Source: Candidatus Latescibacterota bacterium
GTDB lineage: Bacteria; Latescibacterota; UBA2968; GCA-2709665
DNA: 64,000 nucleotides
Direction: 5' to 3'
NCBI GenBank assembly: GCA_965203805.1
Contig: OZ241917.1
Span: 3,808,001 to 3,872,000, forward strand
Position numbers and translations under genes: made by a program. Under the pieces are notes generated by a model that was not told the DNA's origin, searched no databases, and was given only the letters and a program-made list of their open reading frames with translations. Shown in pieces: positions 10,198 to 20,595 of this stretch. How positions within the stretch are numbered: the stretch's first letter is position 1; each line of letters opens with the position of its first letter.

Positions 10198-11319
10198 TTA
10201 ACCGCCTATCGCGGAATAATACAGCTTCTCCGAAAGCCCGGCCCACGGGTCGATGTTCTTCCGGAACGCGTCGAAAGAGGCATAGACCTTTTTGCTCATC
10301 GGATCGGCTTCGGCCACCTCTTCCTCAACTTCCTGTGAGTACCGGCGCAACGTCTTGAGGACCTCGTCCGAAAACCTTCGCAACTCAACATTGTGTTCAT
10401 TCGTGAGCTTCTGCAGATAAATACTGTTCTTGGCCTCGAATTCGGATAGCATCCAGGCATTGGACCGGGCCGCGGCCGCCTGCACAATCTGCTGAAGTTC
10501 GGACGGCAGTTGCTCGAACGCGAGCTTGTTGACGATCAGCTCCAGCGAGGTGCCCGGCTCGTGCCATCCCGGATAATAGTAGTATTTCGCGGCTCTGAAG
10601 AAACCCATCAGGAAGTCATGGTAGGGTCCGATCCATTCCGTCGCATCGATGACGCCGCGTTCCAGGTTCGTGTAGATTTCACCGCCGGCTGAAAGCACGG
10701 CCGAACCGCCGGCCCTGGCGATCACCTTGCCGCCCAGGCCCGGTATTCGCATTTTGAGGCCTTGAAAATCGGAGATACTGTTCATTTCCCGGTTGAACCA
10801 GCCGCCCATCTGGACTCCGGTATTGCCCACGGGCATCGCGACCAGGTTGAACGGAGCATACAGTTCCTGCCAGAGCGCCAGCCCGCCGCCGCTGTAGATC
10901 CACGCGTTGAGCTGCTGTCCGTTCATGCCGAACGGCACCGCCGCGAAGAACTGGGTTGCCGGCGCCTTGCCGGCCCAATAATACGCGGCGCCGTGGCACA
11001 TCTCAACGGCGCCCTGATTGGCGGCATCGAAGCCTTCCAGCGGCGGAATCAGTTCCCCGCCGCCGTAAACCGTAATTTTCAACCGGCCGCCGGACATCTC
11101 GTCAATCCATTTGGCCAGCAAGTCCGCGCCTTCGCCAAGTATGGGAAAATGCGGCGGCCAGGTTGTTACCATCTTCCATTCGAGCTTCTTCCGGGCGTGC
11201 ACGGCGGGCGCGTCGGACTGCTCTTTCGCGGCCGGGCTGCAACCCGCCAACGCCGCAACGCCGCCGGCAACCCCGACGGAGGCTTTCTTGAGGAAATCGC
11301 GTCGTTCGAACTTCTCCAT
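10198..11319 (-). CDS. TRAP substrate-binding protein (DctP, TakP-like), Tat-exported lipoprotein
   Basis: RRDFLK Tat motif, LAGC lipobox, YYWAGK, GNTGVQMGGWF, LKMRIPGLG and YPGWHEP. Confidence 0.92.
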   Translation of the reverse strand: MEKFERRDFLKKASVGVAGGVAALAGCSPAAKEQSDAPAVHARKKLEWKMVTTWPPHFPILGEGADLLAKWIDEMSGGRLKITVYGGGELIPPLEGFDAANQGAVEMCHGAAYYWAGKAPATQFFAAVPFGMNGQQLNAWIYSGGGLALWQELYAPFNLVAMPVGNTGVQMGGWFNREMNSISDFQGLKMRIPGLGGKVIARAGGSAVLSAGGEIYTNLERGVIDATEWIGPYHDFLMGFFRAAKYYYYPGWHEPGTSLELIVNKLAFEQLPSELQQIVQAAAARSNAWMLSEFEAKNSIYLQKLTNEHNVELRRFSDEVLKTLRRYSQEVEEEVAEADPMSKKVYASFDAFRKNIDPWAGLSEKLYYSAIGG

Positions 11320-11462
11320 TCAGTTCCTCCACTCATGAATCCCGGTGCTCACACAAAGCGCTTGTCGAACAACGGAACAAGGTAGGCCGCGTACACACCG
11401 ATGGCAAGAAAAATGAGAACCCCCGTACTCCTCCCCCGGAGGCCGGGGGTGGGGAGAAAGCA

Positions 11463-14195
11463 ATGAGCGAAAAAGAGAGAAAGCTCTACCTGCTGGACGG
11501 AATGGCGCTGGTTTACCGGGCCCATTTCTCCATGATCCGCAACCCGCGAATGTCCTCCACCGGCCTGAATACGTCGACGGTATTCGTGCTCACGAACACC
11601 CTGCTGGATATTCTGAACAACGCGGATCCCAGTCATATCGGCGTTGTATTCGACACGCCCGAACCGACCCACCGGCACAGGATGTTCCCGGAATACAAGG
11701 CGCAGCGCGAGGCCATGCCCGAGGATCTCAGCGCGGCGCTACCATACGTCTTTCGCCTGTGCGAAGCGTTCAACCTGCCCGTTGTCAGGGTACCCGGATG
11801 GGAAGCGGACGACGTAATCGGAACGCTGGCCAGACAGGCGGAATCGGCGGGTTTCACAACCTATATGGTCACACCCGACAAGGACTACGGCCAACTGGTT
11901 TCGGACCGCACCTTCGTCTGTAAACCGGGCCGCACCGGCGACGTCGAAATCCAGGGTGTCAACGAAATTCTGGAGAAGTGGCAGATCGAACGCGTGGAAC
12001 AGGTCATCGATATTCTGGGCCTGATGGGCGACAGTTCGGACAACGTGCCCGGGGTGCCGGGCGTGGGGGAAAAAACCGCCCAGAAACTGATCGGAAAGTA
12101 TGGCAGCATCGAAAACCTGCTGGACAACGTAGACGAACTCAAAGGAAAACAGAAGGAACGAGTCGAAGAAAACCGCGAACAGGCCCTGCTTTCCAAAGAA
12201 CTGGTAACCATAGATCGCGACGTCGTGCTGGACGTCAAACCCGACGACCTGGAACGCACTGATTGGGACGAGCAGAAACTGCAGGCACTGTTTGTCGAAC
12301 TCGAATTCAATACCCTGGGCCAGCGCCTTTTTGGCGAGACGTTCAAGGCCGGTCCCACCGCCGCCGGCGAAATCGGAGGCGAAGTCCGAACCCTCAAAGA
12401 CGTCGAACACGACTATAAACTGGTGGACACCTCGGAGTCGCGAAGGGAACTCATCGACGCGTTGGGTCGACAGAAGGCCTTCTGCTTCGACATCGAAACC
12501 ACGGGCCTGAACCCCAGGAAGTGCGAGCTGATCGGCCTCGCCTTTTCCTGCGAAGCGCACACGGGATTCTACGTGCCATTGCCCGATGTGCCCGAAGAAG
12601 CGCTCGAAATCCTGGAAACCTTTCGTCCCGTTCTGGAAAATCCGGAAATCGAGAAAATCGGCCACCACCTGAAGTTCGATTTGAGCGTCCTGCGCTGGAA
12701 GGGCTTTCGCGTGAAGGGTCCGTTGTTCGACACGATGCTCGCCGCCTACCTGGCCACGCCCGATCTGCGCCGCACCATGGACTATCTGTCGGAAGCGCTG
12801 CTTGGATACCACCCCATTCCAATTTCCGATCTCATCGGCGAGAAAGGAGAGGACCAACTGAGCCTGACGGACGTTCCGCTGGACCAGGTAACGACGTATG
12901 CGGCTGAGGATGCGGACATTACCCTTCAGCTGAGCGAAGTCCTGAGGTCCATGCTCGAAGAAATGGGGCAGGTGCGCGTGTTCCGGGACGTGGAATGTCC
13001 GCTCATCCCCGCCCTTGTCGAAATGGAATTCGAAGGCATCCGGTGTGAAGCCGAGGCACTTCGAGATTTGTCCGAAGGCCTCTCGGGCGAAATCGAGCGG
13101 GCCAGAGAGCAGATCTTCCAACTCGCGGGGGAACACTTCGATCTCAACTCCCCAAGGCAGCTGGGCGACATTCTCTTCGACAAACTGAAACTCGACCCGA
13201 ACGCGCGCCGGACAGCCAGGACAAAACAGTACCAGACCACGGAACAGGTCCTGCGGCGCCTGGCGTACAAGCACGAAATCGTGGAACAGGTGATGTTCTA
13301 CAGGATGTGTACCAAATTGAAATCCACCTACGTCGACCAGTTACCGGGTTCGATTTTCAAACCCACGGGCCGAATCCATACCAACTACGAGGCGGCGGTT
13401 ACGGCGACAGGCCGTCTGCAGTCTCACGGTCCGAACATGCAGAATATTCCCATCCGCACCGAAATGGGCCGGGAGATCCGAAAAGCCTTCGTGCCGCGCG
13501 ACGAAAACCACGTGCTGCTTGCCGCCGACTACTCCCAGATCGAACTCCGCGTGGCCGCCGAACTCAGTGGGGACGAAGCGCTCACGGCGGTTTTCAGACA
13601 GGGCGGCGACATCCACACGGCGACCGCTGAAAAAATCTACGGCATCGACGGGGCTACCGAAGATATGCGGCGCCACGCGAAGACCGTCAACTTCGGCATC
13701 ATCTACGGCATCTCGGCGTTCGGCCTGGCCGACCGCCTGGACATTTCCCGAAAGCAGGCGGCGGACCTGATTGCCAATTACTTCGATCAGTTTCCCGGCA
13801 TCCGGACCTACATGGACGAGACCATCGAGTTTGCCCGGGAGAATGGATACGTCGAAACGGTCACCGGCCGCCGCCGCTATCTGCGCGACATCAACTCGCG
13901 CAACGCGACCACCCGTAAGGGGGAGGAACGAAACGCCATCAACTCGCGCATCCAGGGCACGGCCGCGGATATGATCAAGCTGGCGATGAGCCATATCCAT
14001 CGTGATATACTCGACCGAAATCTCAAGTCCCGAATGCTGCTCCAGGTCCACGACGAACTGGTCTTCGATATGCACCTGGACGAAGCGGATGTCCTCCCGA
14101 CCATCGTCGAAGATGCGATGAAATCCGCCATTCCCATGCAGGTGCCGATTGTCGTGGAGATGGGCACGGGGACGAACTGGCTGGACGCGCATTGA
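11463..14195 (+). CDS. polA: DNA polymerase I
   Basis: 5'-3' exonuclease (LLDG..YRA, EADD, DKD), 3'-5' exonuclease (FDIETTG, YAAED) and polymerase motifs DYSQIELR, AKTVNFGIIYG, QVHDEL. Confidence 0.98.
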   Translation: MSEKERKLYLLDGMALVYRAHFSMIRNPRMSSTGLNTSTVFVLTNTLLDILNNADPSHIGVVFDTPEPTHRHRMFPEYKAQREAMPEDLSAALPYVFRLCEAFNLPVVRVPGWEADDVIGTLARQAESAGFTTYMVTPDKDYGQLVSDRTFVCKPGRTGDVEIQGVNEILEKWQIERVEQVIDILGLMGDSSDNVPGVPGVGEKTAQKLIGKYGSIENLLDNVDELKGKQKERVEENREQALLSKELVTIDRDVVLDVKPDDLERTDWDEQKLQALFVELEFNTLGQRLFGETFKAGPTAAGEIGGEVRTLKDVEHDYKLVDTSESRRELIDALGRQKAFCFDIETTGLNPRKCELIGLAFSCEAHTGFYVPLPDVPEEALEILETFRPVLENPEIEKIGHHLKFDLSVLRWKGFRVKGPLFDTMLAAYLATPDLRRTMDYLSEALLGYHPIPISDLIGEKGEDQLSLTDVPLDQVTTYAAEDADITLQLSEVLRSMLEEMGQVRVFRDVECPLIPALVEMEFEGIRCEAEALRDLSEGLSGEIERAREQIFQLAGEHFDLNSPRQLGDILFDKLKLDPNARRTARTKQYQTTEQVLRRLAYKHEIVEQVMFYRMCTKLKSTYVDQLPGSIFKPTGRIHTNYEAAVTATGRLQSHGPNMQNIPIRTEMGREIRKAFVPRDENHVLLAADYSQIELRVAAELSGDEALTAVFRQGGDIHTATAEKIYGIDGATEDMRRHAKTVNFGIIYGISAFGLADRLDISRKQAADLIANYFDQFPGIRTYMDETIEFARENGYVETVTGRRRYLRDINSRNATTRKGEERNAINSRIQGTAADMIKLAMSHIHRDILDRNLKSRMLLQVHDELVFDMHLDEADVLPTIVEDAMKSAIPMQVPIVVEMGTGTNWLDAH

Positions 14196-14263
14196 AAAGC
14201 AGTGGTAAGTGAAAAACAGTGGCCGGTGGTCAGTAAAGGCAGATTCAAGAACAAAGGCGGGAG

Positions 14264-14304
14264 CCCCTCACCCCCGGCCCCCTCTCCCAAAGGTAGAGGG
14301 GGAG
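14264..14304. repeat. GC-rich REP-like palindromic repeat (CCCCTCACCCCC..CCCCTCTCCC...GAGGGGGAG)
   Basis: Related copies at 48765-48872, 59234-59337 and 62113-62258, mostly in the opposite orientation. Confidence 0.7.
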
Positions 14305-14520
14305 CCGAAGCAGGGGCTTCGCCGGGATGCCTTATTTTTCGGGAAATCGTCGTAGTTCATGGAATGATGGCAAGAAAGAATACACTGGCTGCAAGCGGCA
14401 CGAACGAATACCCACGGCATAACGCCAACCGAAATTTATGCACGACGCGGTGAATAATACAAACTCGCTCGGGTCAATAGGCCTCAGCCTTATCGGGGCT
14501 TCTTCTGCAGGGAAGACGCC

Positions 14521-17500
14521 ATGCAAGAGGAAAAAATGACCGATGTCATCGAATCGGCGATCAAGAAAACAGCAGAGATGAATCCACAGGAGACCGACGG
14601 CGAATGGCTTGAAGTCGTCACTGTGTGGTCCGCCCCATTCATCAAAGAGTGGGACATCTCAGCGTGCTGGCATTGGGAGGACTGGCCGGATAGAGAGACA
14701 CATTTTCCGAACACGACCAGATTAGACGTGGGGATAGACGCCGTAGCCGTGCGTCGCGGCGACGGGCAGCACGTCGCAATCCAGTGCAAGTCGCGCCGGC
14801 TTGATGACAAGGGACGCGGTACCTCAATCCACAACAACGAGATCGCCAAGTTCGCGGCTGCGTCCGCTGCGAACTTCTGGGCCGAGCGCTGGGTCGTCAC
14901 CAACGGAGACAATCCACTTGCCAGCGGTGCAGCGCAGTCGGCTTCGATGAGCGAGAAGCCGCTCAAACTTGTCAATATCACGAACGACTTGCACCAGCAG
15001 AGCCAGTCGAGCGCCGCATCTGAGGAGAACGAGTACGGTACGAGTCCTGAAAGGGATGATGCGATTCAGACGAAATCATGCATGCAAGACGAAGCCGTCG
15101 CCAACAGCGTCCGCATACTCAAAGAGCAGGAACACTCGGAGAGCGGAGGATTGCCGCTCGGCGAGGCACGCGGAAGAATCATCCTGCCCTGCGGAACGGG
15201 AAAGACTCGCATATCGCTCCGGATCGTGGAAGAACTGACGCCACCGGGCGAACTGTCCATCGTGCTGTGTCCTTCAATAGCGCTCGTATCCCAGATAAGG
15301 CGCGAGTATCTGGAAAACGCTGCAGTTCCCTTAGATGTGCTGGCGGTCTGCTCTGACGCTACGGCGGGATACGATCCCGGGAAAGAGGGGAGGCGCAACG
15401 CCACGCTTGACCCTACGGTCGATAACAGCAATGTCAGCGCGTCCGAGGTGAAGGGCAGGGTTACCACCGACGCCGGAGAAATAGCCGAATGGATGGGCCG
15501 GAGCACTTACGACAACGGAATCAAGGTTCTCATCGGGACATACCAGAGCAGCGGCACCGTATCGGAGGCCCTGCTCAGCGCCGGCGGCAGAGCGTGCGTG
15601 TTGATTGCTGACGAAGCGCACAGAACGGCGGGACTTAAGCGTAAGAACTCCAAATCCGCTGCTGCCAATGAAGAAGAAAAGCGTCTTCGTGACTTCACTG
15701 TGTGCCACGACAGCGACAGGTTTCCTGCAAACTATCGCGTCTATCAGACTGCTACACCGCGCATCTATGACGGCAAGCGCGCAATCGGCAATCCGAACTG
15801 GATCGTCCGTTCGATGGACGACGAGACCACATTCGGCGTCGAACTGTACCGCAAGAGCTACCTGGAAGCCGTGCGCAACCGATGGCTGTCCGATTACCGT
15901 ATCATCGCGATGGGCATCAACGACCCGGAGGCGTTCGAGACGGCGAATGTTCTGGCTAAGAAAACCAAGAGCAAAGGGCACGGCAAGCTGACGACCTCGG
16001 ACTACATGCGCGGCCTGGCGTACGCTCTCACGATGGGTGGAGCGACCCAGGGCGAAAGTGTGGACATCAGGTCTTGTATCGCCTTCATGAACACGGTGGA
16101 CAAGTCCAAGAACATGGCGGAGGACCTCCAGTCCGAAAACGTGAAGGAATGGGTCTCCCGGTGGCTCGACGAGAACGCAGATGGCAGAGATGTGTCTGAC
16201 TACAGCCTCGAACACCTGGACGCTTCGAGCAACGCCGCGGCGCGCGAAACCGCGAAGGGACGGCTTGCCTCTGCCGATGCGAAAAACCCTCACGGTATCA
16301 TCAATGTGGGCATCTTTGGAGAGGGCACCGATTCGCCGTCATTGAGCGCGGTGGCGTTTCTTGAAGCCCGGAGGAGTCCCATCGACGTCGTGCAGGCCGT
16401 CGGCCGGGCGATGCGAACCGCCCCCAACAAAGAACTGGGCTACATTGTCTGCCCCATTCTGATTCCTCCCACCGCCGACCCCGAGAAATGGCTGAGCAAC
16501 AGTGACTCCGAGGAGGGATGGCAGGAGCTTGGGCAGATTCTCCTGGCTCTGCGAGCCCACGACCAGCGCATTGAGGAGAGCCTTGAGGAACTTCTGCAAC
16601 TGTATATCCCCAAGCCGCCGCCAGTGGAGCGCACTTTAGTGGCGGTTGCCTCAGCCGAAGGCAATCGAATACAGTACGGTGAGGTCGAGGGACCGCCCGG
16701 TGCGGCGCAGGAAGCGGTCGAACAGGTGTTGAAAGGCAAGACCCGTTCCGAGTCCGGAATACGACGCATAAGCGAAACGCATGCCGGTTTCCAGGCACAA
16801 TACAGCACCAAGTCTACATCAGAAGCACCACGTACAAGTGAAAAACCGGTCGATTACCGTGCGGTGGAGATAACGCAGGTCTTCACGGGTAAGAAGAACG
16901 ACGATGGTAGCATCGAACTCCGCGCGGATTCCGTTGACCGGGACAAGCCTGACGCTGGCGAGGCGCGCGGCGTTGTAAACATACAGAAAACCAAAGCCAA
17001 GGCTCGGAAGATGATTAATTCCGGTGAGGGCGGCATTCGCGTTAAGCCGGGCAGTCATAAGAAGACACGCAAAACCGCCAAAGAACGAGCAGAGGAAAAA
17101 GGGCAGGTGATGCTCAAGCTGAGCGGGTTGGAAGAGCACGGCAGCGCCATAAAGATGAACCTCCTTGCGAAGTCCGGTCTGAGTGACAATCGCGTGATAC
17201 GCGACCTGAACATACTGGAAGGGAGCGTCAGCGAAGCGGCCCATCACATGCGCGCCGACGGACTGTTGCATGCACTGAACCAGCACTTCGGATTGGACAG
17301 GCTCAAGAAGACGGACAAGAAGCATGCGGACGGCTGCACGGTAGCCGCTCTTCTGATGATGAACGCCGCCATGTTGCACCAGCGCATCGCCAACGGTGGC
17401 TGGCTCTCGGGTATCAGCGACCTGTCTATCGTCAAGAACGAAGTCAACGTCGTTCGGAAGATGAGCCGTGAATGGGAGCGCATCATGCGCCACGACTTCC

Positions 17501-19893
17501 GTCCGGTGCTCGAACCTGCGCTGGAAGCCATCTACGCGGTAGAGACGTCGGGTAAGACCGCGGGTCTGGAACGCGCCTTGCATCACCTCGCCGCCGAAGC
17601 CGAGCGAATCGCCGAGACATACGCGGATATGGGCGCAGACCACGCGGGACCGCTGTTTAACCGAGTCATGGGCAACCAGGCATCAGATGGCGCGTTCTTC
17701 ACCAGACCCGTCGCCGCGTCGCTCGCCGCCCGGCTGACGCTGGACGTCTGCGGAGACCTGGACTGGTCAGACCCACGCGTATGGCGGGAGCACAAGACCG
17801 TCGACCTGGCCTGCGGCAGCGGCACGCTGCTTGCCGCTGTGCTCACCGACATGAAGCGCCGAGCGGCAGAGAGGGGCGCCGACACGGAAACCCTGACCCA
17901 GCTTCAGAAAGTGGCAGTCGAGGATGTGATCAAAGGGCTAGATATCAACCCCGTTTCCCTCCAACTTGCGGCGTCCCAACTGACGGCGGGCAACCATAGA
18001 GTCAGCTACCGCAGAATGGGACTTCACCAGATGCCCTACGGCCCCGATAATTCCGGCAGGGTGTCGGTGGGGACGCTCGAACTGCTGGGGCAGCGGTCTA
18101 TCGTATCGAGGCGGGGCGAACTGGATCTGGGCGACGACGTGGCAATCGATTCGGAGGCTACCTGGGCGTCAGCCGACGACACAGAGCTTGAGGACGCGGT
18201 TGACGCTGCGCAGGATGCCCGCATCGTCATCATGAACCCGCCGTTCACCAACCGCGCCAACATGGGCGAAAAATTCCCGCAGGAGACTCAGAACAAGCTG
18301 CGCGCCCGTGCGGACGCCTTAGAACGAAAACTGACGGAGGCGGACCCGGGTTTGGTAGAGTTCGGGAGTAAAAATTCCATTGGACCGCTTTTCGTCGCAC
18401 TGGCCGATCATTGCCTCGATCGTTCTCATGGGGTTATGACGATGATCGAACCAACTGTATCTCTCACTGGGTCATCACAATTGCAGAAGAGAAGATCACT
18501 CGCTCAGCGTTTTCACATCCACACGGTGTTGACCTCGCACCAGCCTCAAAACATCAACATGAGCCAGCACACGAACATCAACGAGAGCATCATTGTATTG
18601 CGCCGCCACCCCGTCGGTTCCAAGCCGCCCACGCGGTTCATCAATCTCGATATAATGCCAGTGGACGACGGCGAGGTCGCAGATTTTCATCGATGTCTGC
18701 TGGACTGTGAAAGAGGCCTGATGGCGAACGGATGGGGCGCAGTCTCTTACTGGCCTGCTGAGCGCATCAATGTCGGCGATTGGACGGCGGGGGTGTTTCG
18801 ATCGCCAGAACTAGCCAATGCTGCGTTCGATTTCGCTACTCACAATTCGCTTATTCGGATGGAGAAACAAGGTATGGAGCCATCCTCAGTGTTAGATGGG
18901 GGAGCGCAATTGGTTCAATTCAGACAGGCTGACGCAGATGCGCCGGGCGCTTTTCCGGTCTTTTATTCCAAGTCCGCCGGGGCCCAGCGGACCATTCGAG
19001 GTGTACCTGATCAGCATCGGGCACCCCAAAGGCTTGTTCCACCGGATGAATGGGTTAATATTCCCGGCGTGGATGGTCAACACCACCCTGACAATGCCCG
19101 TCGGATCGTGGCCCAAACCTCCCACCTGTTGGTGACGGGCGGGCAGCGCACCGGCACGGCCCGTTTGACAGCCGTGGCACAAAAGGAGCGGCATGTCGGC
19201 ATTGGTTGGTTGCCTGTGCCGGGTATGACCTTCAATCAGGCGAAGGCCGCGGCTGTTTTTCTCAACTCAACCCCGGGGCGGCTGCAACTGTTGCGCAATC
19301 CCGGAATGACTCTGGAATTTCCAAAGTACAGACCTGATGCTCTGAAGACCATCTGTTTGCCTGATCTCTCCGATAATGTTCTCGTTGACAGTTTGGCTCA
19401 CTGTTGGGATTGCACGAAGGACATGGTGGTGCCGCAATACCGGGTTGGCGAATGTGAAGTGCGCCGCCTGTGGGATGAAGCGGTAGCCGACGCGATGGGC
19501 TGGGACGCTGAGGAACTCACACGGCTGCGCCTGTTGCTGCATCAGGAACCGCATGTGCGCGGGCTGGGCTACGGGCAGTACGCAGATGAGGTGGACATTG
19601 AACCTGTCGACCGTGAGCGATTCATTGAATTGGCTGACCAATGGGAAATTGAAACTGTGCTGCTGTCACGCACCGACCTGATGATTAAACATCCCGCCCA
19701 CCAAAAAATCATCAGTATGGGTGAGCCGGCAGTACCCCTGATCCTGCAACGGATGAGATCACAGGGCGGACACTGGTTTACAGCTCTTCGCGACATCACC
19801 AACGCTAACCCCGTTCAATCCGCCGACAGAGGCAATGTATCGGCTATGCAGGAGGCCTGGCTGAAATGGGGCGAAGCCAATGGATACGCCTAG
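14521..19893 (+). CDS. Type ISP-like single-polypeptide restriction-modification enzyme (Mrr-like nuclease, SF2 helicase, N6-adenine methyltransferase, putative TRD) with an extra C-terminal domain
   Basis: GIDAVA...AIQCK nuclease motif; helicase motifs LPCGTGKT, DEAHR, TATP, GEGTDSP, QAVGRAMR; methyltransferase motifs GAFFTRP, VDLACGSGTLL, IMNPPF. Confidence 0.85.
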   Translation: MQEEKMTDVIESAIKKTAEMNPQETDGEWLEVVTVWSAPFIKEWDISACWHWEDWPDRETHFPNTTRLDVGIDAVAVRRGDGQHVAIQCKSRRLDDKGRGTSIHNNEIAKFAAASAANFWAERWVVTNGDNPLASGAAQSASMSEKPLKLVNITNDLHQQSQSSAASEENEYGTSPERDDAIQTKSCMQDEAVANSVRILKEQEHSESGGLPLGEARGRIILPCGTGKTRISLRIVEELTPPGELSIVLCPSIALVSQIRREYLENAAVPLDVLAVCSDATAGYDPGKEGRRNATLDPTVDNSNVSASEVKGRVTTDAGEIAEWMGRSTYDNGIKVLIGTYQSSGTVSEALLSAGGRACVLIADEAHRTAGLKRKNSKSAAANEEEKRLRDFTVCHDSDRFPANYRVYQTATPRIYDGKRAIGNPNWIVRSMDDETTFGVELYRKSYLEAVRNRWLSDYRIIAMGINDPEAFETANVLAKKTKSKGHGKLTTSDYMRGLAYALTMGGATQGESVDIRSCIAFMNTVDKSKNMAEDLQSENVKEWVSRWLDENADGRDVSDYSLEHLDASSNAAARETAKGRLASADAKNPHGIINVGIFGEGTDSPSLSAVAFLEARRSPIDVVQAVGRAMRTAPNKELGYIVCPILIPPTADPEKWLSNSDSEEGWQELGQILLALRAHDQRIEESLEELLQLYIPKPPPVERTLVAVASAEGNRIQYGEVEGPPGAAQEAVEQVLKGKTRSESGIRRISETHAGFQAQYSTKSTSEAPRTSEKPVDYRAVEITQVFTGKKNDDGSIELRADSVDRDKPDAGEARGVVNIQKTKAKARKMINSGEGGIRVKPGSHKKTRKTAKERAEEKGQVMLKLSGLEEHGSAIKMNLLAKSGLSDNRVIRDLNILEGSVSEAAHHMRADGLLHALNQHFGLDRLKKTDKKHADGCTVAALLMMNAAMLHQRIANGGWLSGISDLSIVKNEVNVVRKMSREWERIMRHDFRPVLEPALEAIYAVETSGKTAGLERALHHLAAEAERIAETYADMGADHAGPLFNRVMGNQASDGAFFTRPVAASLAARLTLDVCGDLDWSDPRVWREHKTVDLACGSGTLLAAVLTDMKRRAAERGADTETLTQLQKVAVEDVIKGLDINPVSLQLAASQLTAGNHRVSYRRMGLHQMPYGPDNSGRVSVGTLELLGQRSIVSRRGELDLGDDVAIDSEATWASADDTELEDAVDAAQDARIVIMNPPFTNRANMGEKFPQETQNKLRARADALERKLTEADPGLVEFGSKNSIGPLFVALADHCLDRSHGVMTMIEPTVSLTGSSQLQKRRSLAQRFHIHTVLTSHQPQNINMSQHTNINESIIVLRRHPVGSKPPTRFINLDIMPVDDGEVADFHRCLLDCERGLMANGWGAVSYWPAERINVGDWTAGVFRSPELANAAFDFATHNSLIRMEKQGMEPSSVLDGGAQLVQFRQADADAPGAFPVFYSKSAGAQRTIRGVPDQHRAPQRLVPPDEWVNIPGVDGQHHPDNARRIVAQTSHLLVTGGQRTGTARLTAVAQKERHVGIGWLPVPGMTFNQAKAAAVFLNSTPGRLQLLRNPGMTLEFPKYRPDALKTICLPDLSDNVLVDSLAHCWDCTKDMVVPQYRVGECEVRRLWDEAVADAMGWDAEELTRLRLLLHQEPHVRGLGYGQYADEVDIEPVDRERFIELADQWEIETVLLSRTDLMIKHPAHQKIISMGEPAVPLILQRMRSQGGHWFTALRDITNANPVQSADRGNVSAMQEAWLKWGEANGYA

Positions 19894-20332
19894 ATCGGTG
19901 CGGTTTCTTGCTCAAGAATTCCACAGGCTATCCTATGAAGGCTTTGAAATCGTCGGAGAACCCTCCAAGCGATACAATTGCATCGCGTACGCCGCCGGTG
20001 ATACAACTAACCCCTGGAGTCATCACGAAGACGACTACTGGCCCGAGTATGCTACTCGTTCGGCCGACATCCAAAGCCTCGTGGAAGTGTTCGCCGGTCT
20101 GGGATTTGTGCAATGCCAGGACAGCAGTCTCGAAAAAGACTACGAAAAGGTGGCGTTGTACGAAAAACAGGATGAGTGGATGCATGCGGCACTACAGACC
20201 CCCAACGGGCGCTGGCGCAGCAAAATGGGACAAGGGTCGGTGATAGAACATCTCAGCCCTGAGTCGCTTTCCGGCGGAATGTACGGCAATCCGACAATCT
20301 ACATGCGAAGAGCTCTCATCGCTCCGGATTGA
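19880..20332 (+). CDS. Hypothetical papain-like Cys/His protein (DUF7689-like)
   Basis: YNCIAYA, YWP, EKVALY, MHAA and WRSKMG...IEH pattern. Overlaps the upstream gene by 14 nt. Family name is from recall. Confidence 0.7.
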   Translation: MDTPRSVRFLAQEFHRLSYEGFEIVGEPSKRYNCIAYAAGDTTNPWSHHEDDYWPEYATRSADIQSLVEVFAGLGFVQCQDSSLEKDYEKVALYEKQDEWMHAALQTPNGRWRSKMGQGSVIEHLSPESLSGGMYGNPTIYMRRALIAPD

Positions 20333-20395
20333 GTAACCCTGAATCTCAGACGCAGACCACAGTTTCGTGACGAATCGCCTTATTGACGTGTTTAC

Positions 20396-20595
20396 CGGTT
20401 GGCGGTTGTTGGGGCGGAGCGAGTTGAGGAAAGACTTGGCGAGGGACGGATTCGCGGACCGGAAGGCGCCGATGCGAAAGACGAATTGTCTCGCGATTTC
20501 GTCACTGGATGGTATAACAGCCGGAAGATAAATCGGACGGACGTAACCGACTGCAAGAAGAAGGGCCGTGTGACTCACACGGCCCTTCTTCTTGC
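20396..20595 (+). repeat. Diverged ~200-bp intergenic repeat, copy 1 (paralogous to 26244-26437)
   Basis: Shared blocks GCGGAG, GCGAGGGACG, GAATYGTCTCGC, TTTCGTC, GCCGGAAGAT and AAGAAGGGCCGTGTSACTCACACGGCCCTT in the same order and similar spacing. Confidence 0.8.
20553..20595. terminator. Perfect 21-bp inverted repeat, likely an intrinsic terminator
   Basis: GCAAGAAGAAGGGCCGTGTGA-C-TCACACGGCCCTTCTTCTTGC followed by TTT. Confidence 0.75.

Noticed and set aside
11739-13274. 511-aa ORF antisense to polA (likewise 49068-50495, 62325-63512 and 8506-9486)
   Set aside because: Each is fully overlapped by a well-supported gene on the opposite strand and has no recognisable domain.
14196-14520. tRNA or att site at the left border of the defence island
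   Set aside because: No cloverleaf, integrase or direct repeat matching the right border was found.
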